From positions 1,888,001-1,952,000 of the forward strand of contig CAXXHO010000003.1 in assembly GCA_963667725.2 (NCBI GenBank): 64,000 nucleotides of DNA, read 5' to 3'. The position numbers and the translations under genes are program-made. Position 1 is the first letter of the stretch, and each line of letters begins with the position of its first letter. Shown one piece after another: positions 48,429 through 59,120 of this stretch. Source of the stretch: Treponemataceae bacterium. GTDB lineage: Bacteria; Spirochaetota; Spirochaetia; Treponematales; Rectinemataceae. A model generated the notes under the pieces. It was not told where the DNA came from. It saw only the letters and a program-made list of their open reading frames with translations, and did no database searches.

Positions 48429-49175
48429 ATGGATGTTTTGATTATCGACCAGATGACCTGGCCCGAACTGAACGATGAGATGAAGAATATAAAGTTGGCG
48501 ATCGTTCCGGTAGGATCTTGCGAGCAGCATGGACCCAACACTACCTTTGCGACGGATACCGCGAGGGCGGCAGCCTATTCAAAATTGTTAGCAAAAAGGT
48601 TGGGAAGCAAAGTCGTGGTTTTCCCCGCGGTCAATTATGGCTTATCCTTGCACCACATGGATTTCCCGGGTACGGTGACATTACGTGTCGAAACTATGCT
48701 GCATCTCCTTGAAGATATCGCGGTCTCGATAAGCAAGCATGGAATCAAGAAAATACTGTTCCTCAACGCTCACGGCGGGAATTTCCCGGCCCTCGACGGC
48801 GCGATCATCAAATTAAAACAAGAACATTCGATAGACGCGTATTGGTCCGCAATCGGATCGGAAATATCCACCGGCGGGCTTGTCGGTCTTCCGAAACTGA
48901 TCGGGCATGCCTGCGAGGTAGAAACCTCCCAGACGTTGTATCTATGCCCAGAAATAGTCAGGAAAAACAGAGTCCCTTCCCAAATGCAAGACAGTATGCT
49001 TACGCGAGATTCGTTCGTGAAAGGAAATGCCGCCTGGAGCTGGAAATACGACGCATCGCTGAATGGCGCTCTTGGAGACGCGAGAAAGGCGACTGCGGAA
49101 ATTGGCAGGGAGATGACTGAAGCTTCCCTTGAATATATGGAAAAGATCGTGGATGAAATCATTGCCAGAAAATGA
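48429..49175 (+). CDS. Creatininase/creatinine amidohydrolase family protein
   Basis: PVGSCEQHGP, TD, HHMDFPGT, NAHGGN, HACEVETS. Confidence 0.92.
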   Translation: MDVLIIDQMTWPELNDEMKNIKLAIVPVGSCEQHGPNTTFATDTARAAAYSKLLAKRLGSKVVVFPAVNYGLSLHHMDFPGTVTLRVETMLHLLEDIAVSISKHGIKKILFLNAHGGNFPALDGAIIKLKQEHSIDAYWSAIGSEISTGGLVGLPKLIGHACEVETSQTLYLCPEIVRKNRVPSQMQDSMLTRDSFVKGNAAWSWKYDASLNGALGDARKATAEIGREMTEASLEYMEKIVDEIIARK

Positions 49176-49308
49176 ACGACAGGTGTTCCGGTCAATAGGC
49201 TTTTGAAACATTGCGCGGAAATAGCCAATGAACGGAACACCGCTTCTTTTATTATTTACACATGCATCTGATCGCTCTTATCTCAATCAAGTATTTTTTC
49301 GCTCCATG

Positions 49309-50277
49309 TCAACTTGGGGAGTTTATCTCTTCGTAATAGTGACAGGCGACAAAATGGTTACTCTCCACTTCCCTAAGTTCCGGTTGGCTTATGCCGCACT
49401 TTTCCTTCGCGTAGATGCATCTCGGAAAGAACCTGCATTTCTCTTCAGGATTGATCGGTGACGAAATTTCTCCCTTCAGAATCACCCTCTTAATTTTATT
49501 TTTCATCACTTTAGGTCGGGGTATAGCTGAGAGCAGTGCTTTTGTATATGGGTGATATTGTTTCCTGAACAATTCCTTTGATTCAGCTTTCTCAACAATC
49601 TTACCGAGATACATGACCGCTATCTCATCGGAAATATGGCGTACAACCGATAAGTCATGCGTTATGAAGAGGTACGTGAGTCCCAGTTCAGCCTGTAGAT
49701 CCTGCATCAGATTCAGTATCTGAGCCCTGATGGAGACATCAAGGGATGATACCGGCTCATCGCATACAATAAACTTCGGATTTAATGCGAGAGCTCTCGC
49801 GATGCCGACGCGTTGTCTTCTTCCTCCGTCGAGTTCATGAGGATACGCATTCACTAGCCGTTGTGCGATTCCTACGGTCTCCATGAGTTTGTTAACCCGC
49901 TTGTTCAGATCGGCGGGATTCTGGAATTTATTGTATATGATCAAAGGCTCGCCAACGATTTCCCCTATTGTCATCCTTGGGTTTATCGAGGAATATGGAT
50001 CCTGGAAAATCATCTGCATATCTTGCCGAATAGTCTTTAGCTCGTTTTTTCCGATGTCAGAAATATCTTTGCCATTAAACGCCATCATTCCTGCGGTGGG
50101 TTCGAGCAGATGCAGTATCACTCTTCCCAGCGTCGACTTCCCGCATCCTGATTCTCCGACGACGCCAAGCGTTGTTCCCCGAGCCAATCCAAAGCTCACT
50201 CCATCGACCGCATGAAGGAATCCGTTTGGCGTTTTGAAATACTTCTTCAGATCCTTCACCTCAAGTAAAGTATCCAT
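49309..50277 (-). CDS. oppF: Oligopeptide ABC ATPase
   Basis: GESGCGKS, FQDPYSS, DEPVSSLD, HPYT, HFVACH; variant signature LDGG. Confidence 0.9.
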   Translation of the reverse strand: MDTLLEVKDLKKYFKTPNGFLHAVDGVSFGLARGTTLGVVGESGCGKSTLGRVILHLLEPTAGMMAFNGKDISDIGKNELKTIRQDMQMIFQDPYSSINPRMTIGEIVGEPLIIYNKFQNPADLNKRVNKLMETVGIAQRLVNAYPHELDGGRRQRVGIARALALNPKFIVCDEPVSSLDVSIRAQILNLMQDLQAELGLTYLFITHDLSVVRHISDEIAVMYLGKIVEKAESKELFRKQYHPYTKALLSAIPRPKVMKNKIKRVILKGEISSPINPEEKCRFFPRCIYAKEKCGISQPELREVESNHFVACHYYEEINSPS

Positions 50278-50288
50278 AAATTCCTCTC

Positions 50289-51260
50289 CTAGATCTTGTT
50301 TTTGGCAAGAATGCACTTGACTGAATGACCAGGAGATACTTCGATCATTTCTGGCGACATTTCTGCACATTCTCTCTTAGCATGCGGGCATCGAGGATGG
50401 AAAGGACAACCGGCGGGCAAGTTCGCCGGATCAGGCATCAATCCTTCGATTGGCTTGAGCCTATCCGCGTCAGAATCCAGATCGGGAATCGAACCGAATA
50501 ATCCCAACGTATATGGATGCTGGGCGTTTTCATAAATATCTTCGATATTTCCGATTTCCACGATATTACCCGCGTACATTATCGCGACTCGATTGCATAT
50601 TTCGGCCACGACGCCGAGATCGTGAGAAATAAGAATCATAGAGGTGTCGAAGTTGCTCTTGAGCTCGCTCATCATCTCAAGAACCTGAGCTTGTATCGTT
50701 ACATCAAGTGCGGTTGTTGGCTCGTCAGCTATCAATATTTTCGGATTGCATGCAAGAGAGATCGCGATGACAACTCTCTGCTTCATGCCGCCAGAAAACT
50801 GATGCGGATAATCGTTGAATCTGTCGGAAGTGATTCCAACCATTCCCAGCATCTTGATCGCTTCTCTGTCCGCGTCTTTTCGCGATACTTTCTTATGGAT
50901 ACGAATGACTTCTGAAATCTGTTCGCCGACTTTCTGAACAGGATTTAAGGATGTCATCGGATCCTGAAAGATCATCGATATATCCCGCCCTCTCATGAGG
51001 CGCAAGCCAAGCTTGCTGAAATTCAAGATATTCTTGCCTTTATAGAGGATCTCGCCGCTGATTATCTTGCCGGGAGGATTGGGGATCAAGCGCATAATGC
51101 TCTTAGCGGTCGTGGTTTTCCCCGCGCCGGTTTCTCCTACTATCCCCAGTGTCTCTCGATAGCCTAAGTCGAAAGAAAGCCCATTGACGGCTTTCACCAC
51201 CGTCTTATCCTTGACATAGTGCACAGTCAGGTTTCGAATCGAAAGGATCTGTTCACTCAT
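50289..51260 (-). CDS. oppD: Oligopeptide ABC ATPase
   Basis: GETGAGKT, FQDPMTSLNP, SGGMKQR, DEPTTALD, GCPFHPRC. Confidence 0.9.
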   Translation of the reverse strand: MSEQILSIRNLTVHYVKDKTVVKAVNGLSFDLGYRETLGIVGETGAGKTTTAKSIMRLIPNPPGKIISGEILYKGKNILNFSKLGLRLMRGRDISMIFQDPMTSLNPVQKVGEQISEVIRIHKKVSRKDADREAIKMLGMVGITSDRFNDYPHQFSGGMKQRVVIAISLACNPKILIADEPTTALDVTIQAQVLEMMSELKSNFDTSMILISHDLGVVAEICNRVAIMYAGNIVEIGNIEDIYENAQHPYTLGLFGSIPDLDSDADRLKPIEGLMPDPANLPAGCPFHPRCPHAKRECAEMSPEMIEVSPGHSVKCILAKNKI

Positions 51261-51292
51261 TGATCTTCTCCAAAGGCATAAACATGCTCATC

Positions 51293-52198
51293 TTAACGTT
51301 TGAGCTTAGGATCGAGGGCATCCCGAAGACCGTCCCCGAAAAGGTTCAGCCCGAATATAATCGCCATAATCGCGAGTCCAGGAAAGGTGATGACATGCCA
51401 ATGATCTCGTATATACGGCCGCGCCGCTGAAAGCATGGCTCCCCATTCCGGGGACGGCGGCTGGACGCCCATGCCTATAAAGCTTAAGGAAGCCGCTTCC
51501 AGTATCGATCTTGCGACGCTCATCGTCATATTCACTATTATTGGAGCCATGCAATTCGGCAGAATATGTCGCATTATAATCCTGTAATCGTTGGCGCCAA
51601 TCGATCTGGCCGCTTCGATATACTCCTGTTCCTTTACCGAGAGTATCGAAGCTCTGACGATGCGGGCATAGCCGGGGATCATGCCTATGCCAACCGCAAT
51701 GATGACATTGTTCATTCCAGGTCCGAGCGCCGCTACTATGGATATAGCGAGCAACATGCTCGGTATCGCCATCATGATATCGATTCCGCGCATTATCAGA
51801 TTATCCAGCTTCCCGCCATAGAAGCCTGCCAGAGATCCGAAAAAAATGCCGACACCTGCCGAAAAAAGCGCGGAAAATAGTCCAATCATTAAAGATACTC
51901 TTCCGCCAAAAAGAACACGACTGAATATATCCCTTCCAAGGTTATCCGTTCCAAAGATGTGCGATTTAGAAGGCGATACGAATCTGTTCAGAAGATCTTG
52001 GTCGTCAATACCATAGGGAGCGATGAAATCGGCGAATATTACGGAAAACAAAATGGCAACTATCAGAAAAAGACCGAATAAGGCAAGATTATTCTTCTTG
52101 AGGCTACTCCACGTCTCCCTTAATAGTCCGATCTTTTTGACAGGTTCAATGTCAATTTCCGTAGGGGCTGGAGTATTCGAGAACTCATCTTGAAACAT
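51293..52198 (-). CDS. oppC: Oligopeptide ABC permease
   Basis: FGTDNLGRDIFSR, EAARSIGA, RHILPN, GDGLRDALDP. Confidence 0.92.
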   Translation of the reverse strand: MFQDEFSNTPAPTEIDIEPVKKIGLLRETWSSLKKNNLALFGLFLIVAILFSVIFADFIAPYGIDDQDLLNRFVSPSKSHIFGTDNLGRDIFSRVLFGGRVSLMIGLFSALFSAGVGIFFGSLAGFYGGKLDNLIMRGIDIMMAIPSMLLAISIVAALGPGMNNVIIAVGIGMIPGYARIVRASILSVKEQEYIEAARSIGANDYRIIMRHILPNCMAPIIVNMTMSVARSILEAASLSFIGMGVQPPSPEWGAMLSAARPYIRDHWHVITFPGLAIMAIIFGLNLFGDGLRDALDPKLKR

Positions 52199-52214
52199 GC
52201 TATCCTCCAGGATG

Positions 52215-53183
52215 TCAAGCTTTTGCCGGAGCGGGTACCGCAGTCTTTCTGTGTTTTTTATACTGCGCTTTTATCCTTGGGTCGATAAACGCATAGAGAA
52301 TATCCACGAGAAGGTTGACTATGCTGAAACCAAGGGCTATGAACAGTACGCCGCCCTGGACCATTGGGTAATTCTTGACATTTATCGAATCGATCATAAG
52401 CTTCCCTATTCCGGGAATGGAAAAGATTGATTCGGTAAGAATCGCGCCGCCTAGCATCCCTCCGAAGGAAATGCCCACGACGGTTACGATAGGAATCAAT
52501 GCATTTCGCAGAGCGTGATTGAATATTATATTCAATTCGTTTTGTCCCTTAGCCCTGGCGGTGTTGATGTAGTCCTGCCTGATCACCTCGAGCATGCTTG
52601 ACCTTGTCTGACGCATTATATTTGCGGTCGATGCCAATCCCACGGTTATGGAAGGAAGAATCCACTGTATCGGTTTCGAAAATCCAGACGACGGAAACCA
52701 TCCGAGATATACGGAAAATACTATAATCAGCATTAATCCCGTCCAAAAGTTTGGCATGGAGACGCCGGTCAAGGCAAAAACAGTGGCAACATTGTCGAAA
52801 ATTGAGTATTGCTTAGTCGCCGCGATAATTCCTGTAATTATTCCTATTAACGTAGCCAGTCCAATACTGAGGCATGCAAGCGTCACTGTCGTTGGCAGTC
52901 TCTCCAATATTTCTGTTGTGACGGATCGACGCGTGGTATATGAAGTGCCAAAATCACCGTGCAGCAATATGTCTTTAAGATAATTGAAGAATTGGACGGG
53001 GAACGATTTATTTAATCCAAGCTCTTCTCTCAGCGCCGCGACGCTGGTCTCATTCGCGTCCATACCTAACATATATTCTGCTGGATCACCTGGAGTAAAA
53101 TAGATCATGCTGAATACGATCAGAGATACTCCAAACAAGACAGGCACCATCATCAGAAGCCTTTTCATTATATATCTCAGCAT
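52215..53183 (-). CDS. oppB: Oligopeptide ABC permease
   Basis: PGDPA, GDFGTS, TARAKG, HALRNA, DPRI. Confidence 0.92.
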   Translation of the reverse strand: MLRYIMKRLLMMVPVLFGVSLIVFSMIYFTPGDPAEYMLGMDANETSVAALREELGLNKSFPVQFFNYLKDILLHGDFGTSYTTRRSVTTEILERLPTTVTLACLSIGLATLIGIITGIIAATKQYSIFDNVATVFALTGVSMPNFWTGLMLIIVFSVYLGWFPSSGFSKPIQWILPSITVGLASTANIMRQTRSSMLEVIRQDYINTARAKGQNELNIIFNHALRNALIPIVTVVGISFGGMLGGAILTESIFSIPGIGKLMIDSINVKNYPMVQGGVLFIALGFSIVNLLVDILYAFIDPRIKAQYKKHRKTAVPAPAKA

Positions 53184-53246
53184 CGCTTTCTCCTGTAATT
53201 CAAGAAAAAAAACAGCTTATACGAATAGCAGCAGATATTTTCCTAA

Positions 53247-53633
53247 TCATCGCTTTATCGCGATGGCATCTATCTCAATAAGCGCGTTTTTCGGAAGCCG
53301 AGCCACTTGAACCGCAACTCTAGCCGGAAAATCAACAGTAAAAAATTCTTTATACACTTCATTCATAGAATTGAAATCGTCCATGTTCATCATATAAACA
53401 GTCACTTTAACGATATCTGACATATGTAAATCACACGCCTCAACAACCGCCATCAAGTTATCAAGGACTCGCCGGGTTTGGATGGAAATATCGCTTTGTA
53501 CGATAGATCCTGTTGCCGGATCTATCGGGAGTTGCCCGGATACGAATAGAAAGCCATCAACCCAAACACCTTGCGAGTAAGGGCCAATCGCGGAAGGTGC
53601 ATTGGTAGTCGAGACAATCCGCTTTGTATTCAT
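53247..53633 (-). CDS. ridA: RidA-family enamine/imine deaminase
   Basis: APSAIGPYSQ, SGQLP, FPARVAV, IEIDAIA. Confidence 0.92.
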   Translation of the reverse strand: MNTKRIVSTTNAPSAIGPYSQGVWVDGFLFVSGQLPIDPATGSIVQSDISIQTRRVLDNLMAVVEACDLHMSDIVKVTVYMMNMDDFNSMNEVYKEFFTVDFPARVAVQVARLPKNALIEIDAIAIKR

Positions 53634-53634
53634 C

Positions 53635-54279
53635 CTAGTTCTCCTTTTTAATCCCATTTAAATACCTGTATACGGTGGCTTCCGATACATTCAGCCTGGA
53701 AGCCACTTTCATGACCGTACCTTTCAAGAGGAAGACTCCCCCCTCGTTCAATTTTTTGATTATCTCGATCTTTTCGGATTGCGACATTCTATCAGGAGGA
53801 ACACCATAAGCCTCAATGACATTTTCGATGCTATCATAGGCCAGTACATCGACCGTACGGCTAAATCTCTCTATTGGATCGGTCTTATCTTGCTGTTTCG
53901 GCTGCTGGAGAATACTGTCCAGATAATCCCTGAATTGGACGAGTTTTTCATCGTCTATGTTTATGCAAAGGAGCCCGATTATCTTCTGCGTATCATCACG
54001 TATAAAAAAAGTCGAAGAACGCAGCTTCTTGCCAAAAGTTGACACACCTTTATAGTTCGTCAGAGCATGCGAATTTTCCGCACTCCCATCCTTCAGGATC
54101 TTAAGAACAAGGTTCGTAGCTGGAGATCCTACCTCCCTGCCGCTAATGTGATTATTCGCTATGGCAATTATAGACTTGTCTATATCCAGTACGTCGTGAA
54201 GCACGATTTCGGTATCTTTGCCTAATACTACGGCGAGAAAATCAACCAAAGGAAGAAAGGGCTTTAAATATGGGTTCAT
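53635..54279 (-). CDS. YheO/DauR-like PAS-HTH regulator
   Basis: EIVLHD, SGREVGSPAT, LRSSTFFI, LCIN, GVFLLKG, VSEATVYRYL. Confidence 0.9.
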   Translation of the reverse strand: MNPYLKPFLPLVDFLAVVLGKDTEIVLHDVLDIDKSIIAIANNHISGREVGSPATNLVLKILKDGSAENSHALTNYKGVSTFGKKLRSSTFFIRDDTQKIIGLLCINIDDEKLVQFRDYLDSILQQPKQQDKTDPIERFSRTVDVLAYDSIENVIEAYGVPPDRMSQSEKIEIIKKLNEGGVFLLKGTVMKVASRLNVSEATVYRYLNGIKKEN

Positions 54280-54300
54280 AGTGGATCCTCATGCTTATTA

Positions 54301-54376
54301 TAATAAAATAGTATCGTGATAATAAATTATTTGTATCATGAGAATTGTGTTCCGTCAACTCTTTTCGTGATAATAA
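54301..54376 (-). promoter_or_regulatory. Promoter/operator copy 2 of the lower-GC block
   Basis: Minus strand TTGACG-N17-TACAAA; TCGTGATAATAA at both 54314 and 54365. Confidence 0.75.
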
Positions 54377-54461
54377 TAGCTTATGGAATTCCCAATATTT
54401 TACGTGACGAATCTATAATAGAAGACTTGATAAATAGTGAGGATCGGTGTCAAACCTGTTT

Positions 54462-54499
54462 ATAAAAACGACCCCCGGAAGAAAATCCTCCGGAGGTCG
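54462..54499 (-). terminator. Intrinsic terminator downstream of ilvD
   Basis: CGACCCCCGGA/TCCGGAGGTCG stem with T-run on the minus strand. Confidence 0.65.
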
Positions 54500-54582
54500 C
54501 CTGTCGATGCGCGGGGCAGCGCGGCGCCACCATGCGAAGCCGGCGCGGCGCGGCAGGAGCAGCGCGCCGGCCCGCTAAGCAA

Positions 54583-56241
54583 TCACTCCAGCACGGCGCC
54601 CTTCATTCCCGAGGTGACAACGCGCCTGTAGCGGGTGAGGAAGGGACTTTCGGTGGGCTGGACATAGGGCTTCCACTCTGCCTTGCGGCGCGCCAGCTCG
54701 GCGGCGTCCACGAGGAGGTCGAGCCTCTTGGCTGGTATGTCGATGCTGATCGTGTCGCCTTCGCGCACGAGGGCGATGGGGCCGCCGCCGGCGGCCTCGG
54801 GCGAGACATGGCCGATCGCGGCGCCTCGCGACGCGCCGGAGAACCTTCCGTCGGTGATGAGGGCAACGGTCTTGTCCATGCCCATGCCAGCCAGGGCCGA
54901 TGTGGGCGTGAGCATCTCGCGCATGCCGGGGCCGCCCTTGGGCCCTTCGTAGCGGATGACCAGCACGTCACCGTCGACGATTTTCCTGGCCTGGATCGCC
55001 GCGAAAGCTTCTTCCTCGCTGTTGAACACCCTCGCCGGTCCCGTGTGGACAAGCATTTCGGGCGCCACGGCGGCCTGTTTGACCACGCTGCCGTCGGGGG
55101 CGAGAGAGCCGCGCAGGATGGCAAGACCGCCAGTCGCGTGGTATGGCCTGTCCAGAGGACGGATCACTTCCGGGTTTTTCACCCATGCGCCAGCGAGATT
55201 TTCCTTCACAGTCTTGCCCGTGACTGTGATCAAATCGTCCTTGAGGAGGCCCCCCGCGGCAAGCTGGGCCATCAGCGCCTGTACGCCGCCCGCCTGATAC
55301 AGGTCCTGGATATGATGGGATCCGCCGGGCGACATGGAGCAGAGATGAGGCACCTTGCTCCCTATCCTGTTGAAGAGTTCGATGTCAAAGTCCACGCCAG
55401 CGGCCCAGGCGATGGCGGGCAGATGGAGCGTCGTGTTCGTGGAGCCTCCAAGGGCAAGATCCACCGCCACGGCGTTCTCGAAGGCCGCGCGCGTGAGAAT
55501 ATCTCTCGGCTTGATGTCCTTTTCGACGAGATTCATGATGGCCCTTCCCGCTTCCTTGGCCAGGCGATCGCGCGCGGAGTAGACCGCCGGAATCGTGCCG
55601 TTGCCGGGCAGGCCGAGGCCGAGGGCTTCCATCATGCAGTTCATCGTGTTGGCGGTGAACATGCCCGAGCAGGAACCGCAGCCCGGACAAGCCGCGTTTT
55701 CGACCTCCAGGAGGTCCGCGTCGCTCGCCGTGCCGGCGATGTGCTTGCCCACGGTCTCGAACACCGTATTGAGGTCGATTTCCTTCCCGTTGAGCATTCC
55801 CGTGAGCATGGGTCCGCCGGAAATGACGACGGAGGGAATACTCAGCTTCGCCGCCGCCATCGCCATGCCCGGAATGATCTTGTCGCAGTTGGTCACCATG
55901 ACGAGACCGTCGAAGGCATGCCCCTGCGCCATGACCTCGATCGAGTCCATGATAAGCTCGCGCGAAGGCAGGGAAAACTTCATGCCCATGTGGTTCATGG
56001 CTATGCCATCGCAGACGCCGATCGTCGGGAACTCTATGGGCAGGCCGCCGGCCGCGTAGATGCCGGCCTTCACCGCGTCCACGATCCGGTTTAAATGGAC
56101 GTGGCCGGGAATGATCTGGTTGTAGGAATTGGCGACCCCGATCCAAGGCCGCTCAATCTCCCAGTCTGTATAGCCCGCTGCCTTGAGCAGAGCCCGATGA
56201 GGAGCCCTCTGAGGACCTAGTTTCGCTCTATCGCTTCGCAT
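54583..56241 (-). CDS. ilvD: Dihydroxy-acid dehydratase (IlvD/Edd family)
   Basis: [56 protein letters not shown]. Confidence 0.93.
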   Translation of the reverse strand: MRSDRAKLGPQRAPHRALLKAAGYTDWEIERPWIGVANSYNQIIPGHVHLNRIVDAVKAGIYAAGGLPIEFPTIGVCDGIAMNHMGMKFSLPSRELIMDSIEVMAQGHAFDGLVMVTNCDKIIPGMAMAAAKLSIPSVVISGGPMLTGMLNGKEIDLNTVFETVGKHIAGTASDADLLEVENAACPGCGSCSGMFTANTMNCMMEALGLGLPGNGTIPAVYSARDRLAKEAGRAIMNLVEKDIKPRDILTRAAFENAVAVDLALGGSTNTTLHLPAIAWAAGVDFDIELFNRIGSKVPHLCSMSPGGSHHIQDLYQAGGVQALMAQLAAGGLLKDDLITVTGKTVKENLAGAWVKNPEVIRPLDRPYHATGGLAILRGSLAPDGSVVKQAAVAPEMLVHTGPARVFNSEEEAFAAIQARKIVDGDVLVIRYEGPKGGPGMREMLTPTSALAGMGMDKTVALITDGRFSGASRGAAIGHVSPEAAGGGPIALVREGDTISIDIPAKRLDLLVDAAELARRKAEWKPYVQPTESPFLTRYRRVVTSGMKGAVLE

Positions 56242-56278
56242 TGTTAATCTCCTTGATATATCGCTTCGAATCCCGCTA

Positions 56279-57550
56279 TCAGCCGAGCCCAGGCAGGAAG
56301 AGCACCAATTGCGGCACATAGGTTATGAGCAGGAAAACCGAGATCAGTATGATAACCATGGGGATGATGGGCTTCGTTATTCTTCCCATCGGCAGCCCTG
56401 TAATCGCGCTCGCCACGTAAATATCGATGGCGACGGGAGGCGTGGCCATGCCGATGGCGAGTCCCACGGTGAGGACGACGCCGAAATGTATCAGGTTGCC
56501 GCCCACGCCCAGTATGGCCGGAAGGAATATCGGCGTCAGGATGATGAGCGCCGAGGCTGTCTCCATGAACATTCCCGACAGAAGGATGATGACGTCGATC
56601 ATCAGGTAAACCAGGATGGCGTTGTTGTTCGTCACGCTGAGCATGGCGCCCGCTATCGCCTGGGGAATCTGGTAAAACGCGAGGCCCCAGCCGAACACCT
56701 TCGATGTCGCGATGATGAACATGATGAGGGCTGAGGTGACCCCTGACCCCACCACAAGCTTATAGAATTTCTTGAAGTCGAGGGCTTTATAGACGAAGAT
56801 CGCCACGATGAGGGTATAGACTACGGCGATGGCCGCGGCCTCCGAGGGCGTGAAGACGCCCGAGAAGATGCCGCCGAGGATGATGATCGGGCACATGAGT
56901 CCCCAGGTAGCCGTCCCGAATCGCTTCAGGATTTCCCTGGCGGAATATTTCTTTCCGGCGGGGTAATTCCGTTTTTTCGCGATGTAGATAGCCCAGACGA
57001 TAAGGCCTACACCCATGAGAGTGCCGGGGATGAATCCGCCCAGGAAGAGTTTGGCCACCGATTCGCCGGCGATAACGGCATAGAGAACCATGGGAACCGA
57101 TGGGGGTATGACGACGCCGATCGTACCAGCCGACGCGATAAGCGCGGCCGAGAAGTCCACGTCGTACTTCCTCTCCTCGAGCTCGGGCAGGAGTGAGGCG
57201 CCAACGGCGGCCGTCGTCGCGGCGCCCGAACCGGAAATGGCCGCGATGAACATGGATGCCAGCACCGACACGATGGACAGTCCGCCCCTAATCCGTCCGA
57301 GACAGGCTTCCGCGAAGGCTACGATGCGCTCTGAAATACCTCCCCGCGCGAGGACGTCGCCGGCGAGGATAAAGAAGGGAACCGCCACGAGGGAGAAGGA
57401 GTTGTTACCTTCGAACAGCGTCTGGGGAACCATCTGCAGAGGGATGCCGCTCGTGATGAACACGACGAGAGCGGAAAGGCCGATGGAAAGGCCGATGGGC
57501 ACGCCGATCAGCAGGAAGAGGAAAAAAGCGCCGAATATCAGGTAACCCAT
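56279..57550 (-). CDS. dctM: TRAP transporter large permease
   Basis: [30 protein letters not shown]. Confidence 0.93.
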   Translation of the reverse strand: MGYLIFGAFFLFLLIGVPIGLSIGLSALVVFITSGIPLQMVPQTLFEGNNSFSLVAVPFFILAGDVLARGGISERIVAFAEACLGRIRGGLSIVSVLASMFIAAISGSGAATTAAVGASLLPELEERKYDVDFSAALIASAGTIGVVIPPSVPMVLYAVIAGESVAKLFLGGFIPGTLMGVGLIVWAIYIAKKRNYPAGKKYSAREILKRFGTATWGLMCPIIILGGIFSGVFTPSEAAAIAVVYTLIVAIFVYKALDFKKFYKLVVGSGVTSALIMFIIATSKVFGWGLAFYQIPQAIAGAMLSVTNNNAILVYLMIDVIILLSGMFMETASALIILTPIFLPAILGVGGNLIHFGVVLTVGLAIGMATPPVAIDIYVASAITGLPMGRITKPIIPMVIILISVFLLITYVPQLVLFLPGLG

Positions 57551-57551
57551 A

Positions 57552-58052
57552 TCAGCTCCTTTTCCAGATCGTCGCGAGGGAATCGGCGATATGAATCAGC
57601 ACGATGCACCCCACCAGGGGATACATGAGATAAATCCACTTCATGGACACCATCATGGCCGGGGAAAGCTGGCCGGCTTCCGTCTTCATGAGATAGGCGC
57701 CGTAATACGCCACGACCGTGAAAAACAGGACACCCAGAAGGCCGATAACCGTCCGCATGACGTTCTTCGCGACCGGCGGCAACTTATCGAGCACGAAGGT
57801 GACGGCGATATGGTTGCCCTTCTTGAAGGCGACCGCTGTCCCCAGGAGGCTGGCGAAGACGAGGAGGAAGCAGGCCAGCTCCTCGGACCAGGTGAGGGCG
57901 TCGAAGAAAAACCTGAAAACGACCTGGGCCACGGTCACGATCACCATGAGGACGAGCGTTACGAATAATGCCGCCTCGGTGATCGTGTTGATCCGGTCGC
58001 TCAGTGAATGGAGGAAGCTTGAAGGATGCTTCCCCTCTTCAGTTGAGGACAT
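57552..58052 (-). CDS. dctQ: TRAP transporter small permease
   Basis: QVVFRF, WSEEL, HIAV. Confidence 0.9.
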   Translation of the reverse strand: MSSTEEGKHPSSFLHSLSDRINTITEAALFVTLVLMVIVTVAQVVFRFFFDALTWSEELACFLLVFASLLGTAVAFKKGNHIAVTFVLDKLPPVAKNVMRTVIGLLGVLFFTVVAYYGAYLMKTEAGQLSPAMMVSMKWIYLMYPLVGCIVLIHIADSLATIWKRS

Positions 58053-58065
58053 TATTGTCTCCTGT

Positions 58066-59025
58066 TCATTTCGTCGCGAGAATGGCGTCCAGGAAATCCT
58101 GGCCATATTCGGCCGCGTATTTCGCGTAGACCGGCTTTACGGCTTCCAGGAAAGGCTTGAGGCTGGGGGTCGCGATCTGCATGCCCTTGGCCGTCAGGTC
58201 TTTCATCCACTGAGCCTCGCTCGCGTTGTTGAAGTCGCGCTCGAACTGGGCCGCTTCCTTCGCCGCCTTCATCACCGCATCCTTCTGGGCGGGCTTGAGC
58301 TTGTCCCAGGTTTTCATGCTCATGATGAGAGGAGCCGGCGCATAGGCGTGGCGGGTGATCGTCATGTATTTCTGGCTGTCGTAAAGCTTGAAGGAGACGA
58401 TGACGTTGAGGGGATTTTCCTGCCCGTCGATCGTGCCCTGCTGAAGGGCGGTAAGCGCCTCAGTCCAGGCCATCGGCACAGCGTTGGCTCCCAGAGCCTT
58501 GAACGAATCCACGTAAATGGGGTTCTGCATCAGTCTGATCTTGAGGCCTTTCATGTCGGCCGGCGAATTGACCGCGTGCTTGCTGTTGGTCAGGTTCCTG
58601 AAACCGCGCTCGGCCCAGGCGAGTCCCTTCCATCCCTGCTTTTCAGCTTCCGCGAAGAGCTGGTCGCCGATGGGTCCGTCGAGAACGGCGTAGGCATGCT
58701 GGGGGTCCCTGAAGAGGAAGGGCAGGTCGATGGCGCCGAACCTCGGAACGAAATTGATGAAAGGTCCGTTCGTGATGATGGCCGAGTCGACGATGCCCAT
58801 CTTCATGCGTTCGAGGAGGGTTCTCTCGTCGCCCAGGACGGCGTTCGGGAAAATCGTGACCTTGACTTCACCGTTCGTGTACTTTTCCGTCAGTTCCTTG
58901 AATTTGGTCGCCGCCAAATGGAAAGAATCCTGCTCGTTGACTACATGGGCCAGTTTAATGTCGATCGCGAAGCTCGGGGTGATGAGAGCCGCCGCGAGAA
59001 CCAGGATGAGAAGCGCGCGTTTCAT
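58066..59025 (-). CDS. dctP: TRAP solute-binding protein
   Basis: FPNAVLG, ERGFR, DMKGLKIR, DGQENP. Confidence 0.93.
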   Translation of the reverse strand: MKRALLILVLAAALITPSFAIDIKLAHVVNEQDSFHLAATKFKELTEKYTNGEVKVTIFPNAVLGDERTLLERMKMGIVDSAIITNGPFINFVPRFGAIDLPFLFRDPQHAYAVLDGPIGDQLFAEAEKQGWKGLAWAERGFRNLTNSKHAVNSPADMKGLKIRLMQNPIYVDSFKALGANAVPMAWTEALTALQQGTIDGQENPLNVIVSFKLYDSQKYMTITRHAYAPAPLIMSMKTWDKLKPAQKDAVMKAAKEAAQFERDFNNASEAQWMKDLTAKGMQIATPSLKPFLEAVKPVYAKYAAEYGQDFLDAILATK

Positions 59026-59047
59026 AGTTTCCTCCTAATAAACGCCT

Positions 59048-59069
59048 TGGTACTACCTTGGTAGTACCA
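59048..59069. promoter_or_regulatory. Putative FadR/GntR operator
   Basis: Palindrome TGGTACTACC-TT-GGTAGTACCA between divergent dctP and regulator. Confidence 0.8.
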
Positions 59070-59120
59070 TGTTGCCTGAAATGCTAAACCAGGTATATAA
59101 TCATGTCAAGGTATTTTACG

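Noticed and set aside
44363..54340. Transposon bounded by the 28-bp inverted repeats
   Set aside because: No transposase or target duplication seen; both copies sit in identical promoter register, so treated as operators
54532..56094. 520-aa plus-strand ORF
   Set aside because: Antisense shadow of ilvD
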